From: Candidatus Hermodarchaeota archaeon
Lineage (GTDB): Archaea; Asgardarchaeota; Hermodarchaeia; Hermodarchaeales; Hermodarchaeaceae
Reading direction: 5' to 3'
DNA: 26,143 bases
NCBI GenBank assembly: GCA_016840065.1
Contig: JAEOTB010000048.1
Location: 1-26,143 of the forward strand
The position numbers and the translations under genes are program-made. The notes under the pieces are model-generated. The model did no database searches. It had not been told where the DNA came from and was given only the letters and a program-made list of their open reading frames with translations. Shown here piece after piece: positions 26,015 to 26,143 of the stretch (position 1 is its first letter; each line of letters opens with the position of its first letter).

Positions 26015-26058
26015 ATGAGTGATAGCACAATGTTGCTGTCACTCATTTCTTATTTTTA
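26015..26058 (+). terminator. Hairpin plus U-tract downstream of the ABC permease
   Basis: ATGAGTGATAGCA-CAATGT-TGCTGTCACTCAT forms 13 bp with one GU on the + strand, followed by TTCTTATTTTT. Confidence 0.6.
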
Positions 26059-26143
26059 ATACCTGAATAAATCATCAGTTCTGAGGTAGAAAAAACTGCT
26101 CCTAAGAATTTTTTAGCTTCAGCGAATTCAGATTATCGTACAA

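Noticed and set aside
26015-26046. SECIS element (hairpin begins with AUGA)
   Set aside because: AUGA is fully Watson-Crick paired, so there is no GA quartet, and the upstream genes have no in-frame TGA.
26102-26143. Possible 3' end of a minus-strand gene (LYDNLNSLKLKNS*)
   Set aside because: Only 13 codons are visible, so it cannot be supported.
1-26143. CRISPR array, rRNA, tRNA, prophage or transposon
   Set aside because: No regularly spaced direct repeats, RNA-gene signatures, or integrase/transposase motifs were seen.

Overview
This is an archaeal chromosomal window, most likely from an Asgard archaeon. That is inferred from GGAGGTG/AGGTGA ribosome-binding sites, TATA-like promoters, a Rab-like small GTPase, a V4R protein, a PH/GRAM-like protein and zinc-ribbon repeat proteins. 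The housekeeping and catabolic genes are: M32 carboxypeptidase (cut by the left edge and absent from the ORF track), HisC-type aminotransferase, oligoendopeptidase F, membrane-anchored clostripain, glutamine synthetase, a Grs/Gms-like B12 radical SAM enzyme, an ABC-2 exporter, acyl-CoA dehydrogenase, an MBL hydrolase, and PadR with a MacB/LolD-type ABC pair. Five unexplained elements stand out. (1) Two tandem Cys/His-rich microproteins (55 and 38 aa) below the ORF-track cutoff share an identically spaced motif. (2) A ~250-nt structured minus-strand ncRNA candidate has its own TATA box, GU-wobble helices and alternative pairings. (3) A Rab-like pseudo-GTPase carries a duplicated, possibly PWI-like, C-terminal domain and lies next to a V4R protein. 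(4) A tandem pair of ~390-aa all-helical paralogs each appears to consist of two ~191-aa units. (5) A soluble/membrane-anchored pair of CxxC...CxxH repeat proteins lies beside the radical SAM gene. No rRNA, tRNA, CRISPR array or transposase was seen. All family calls come from motif recognition, not database searches.
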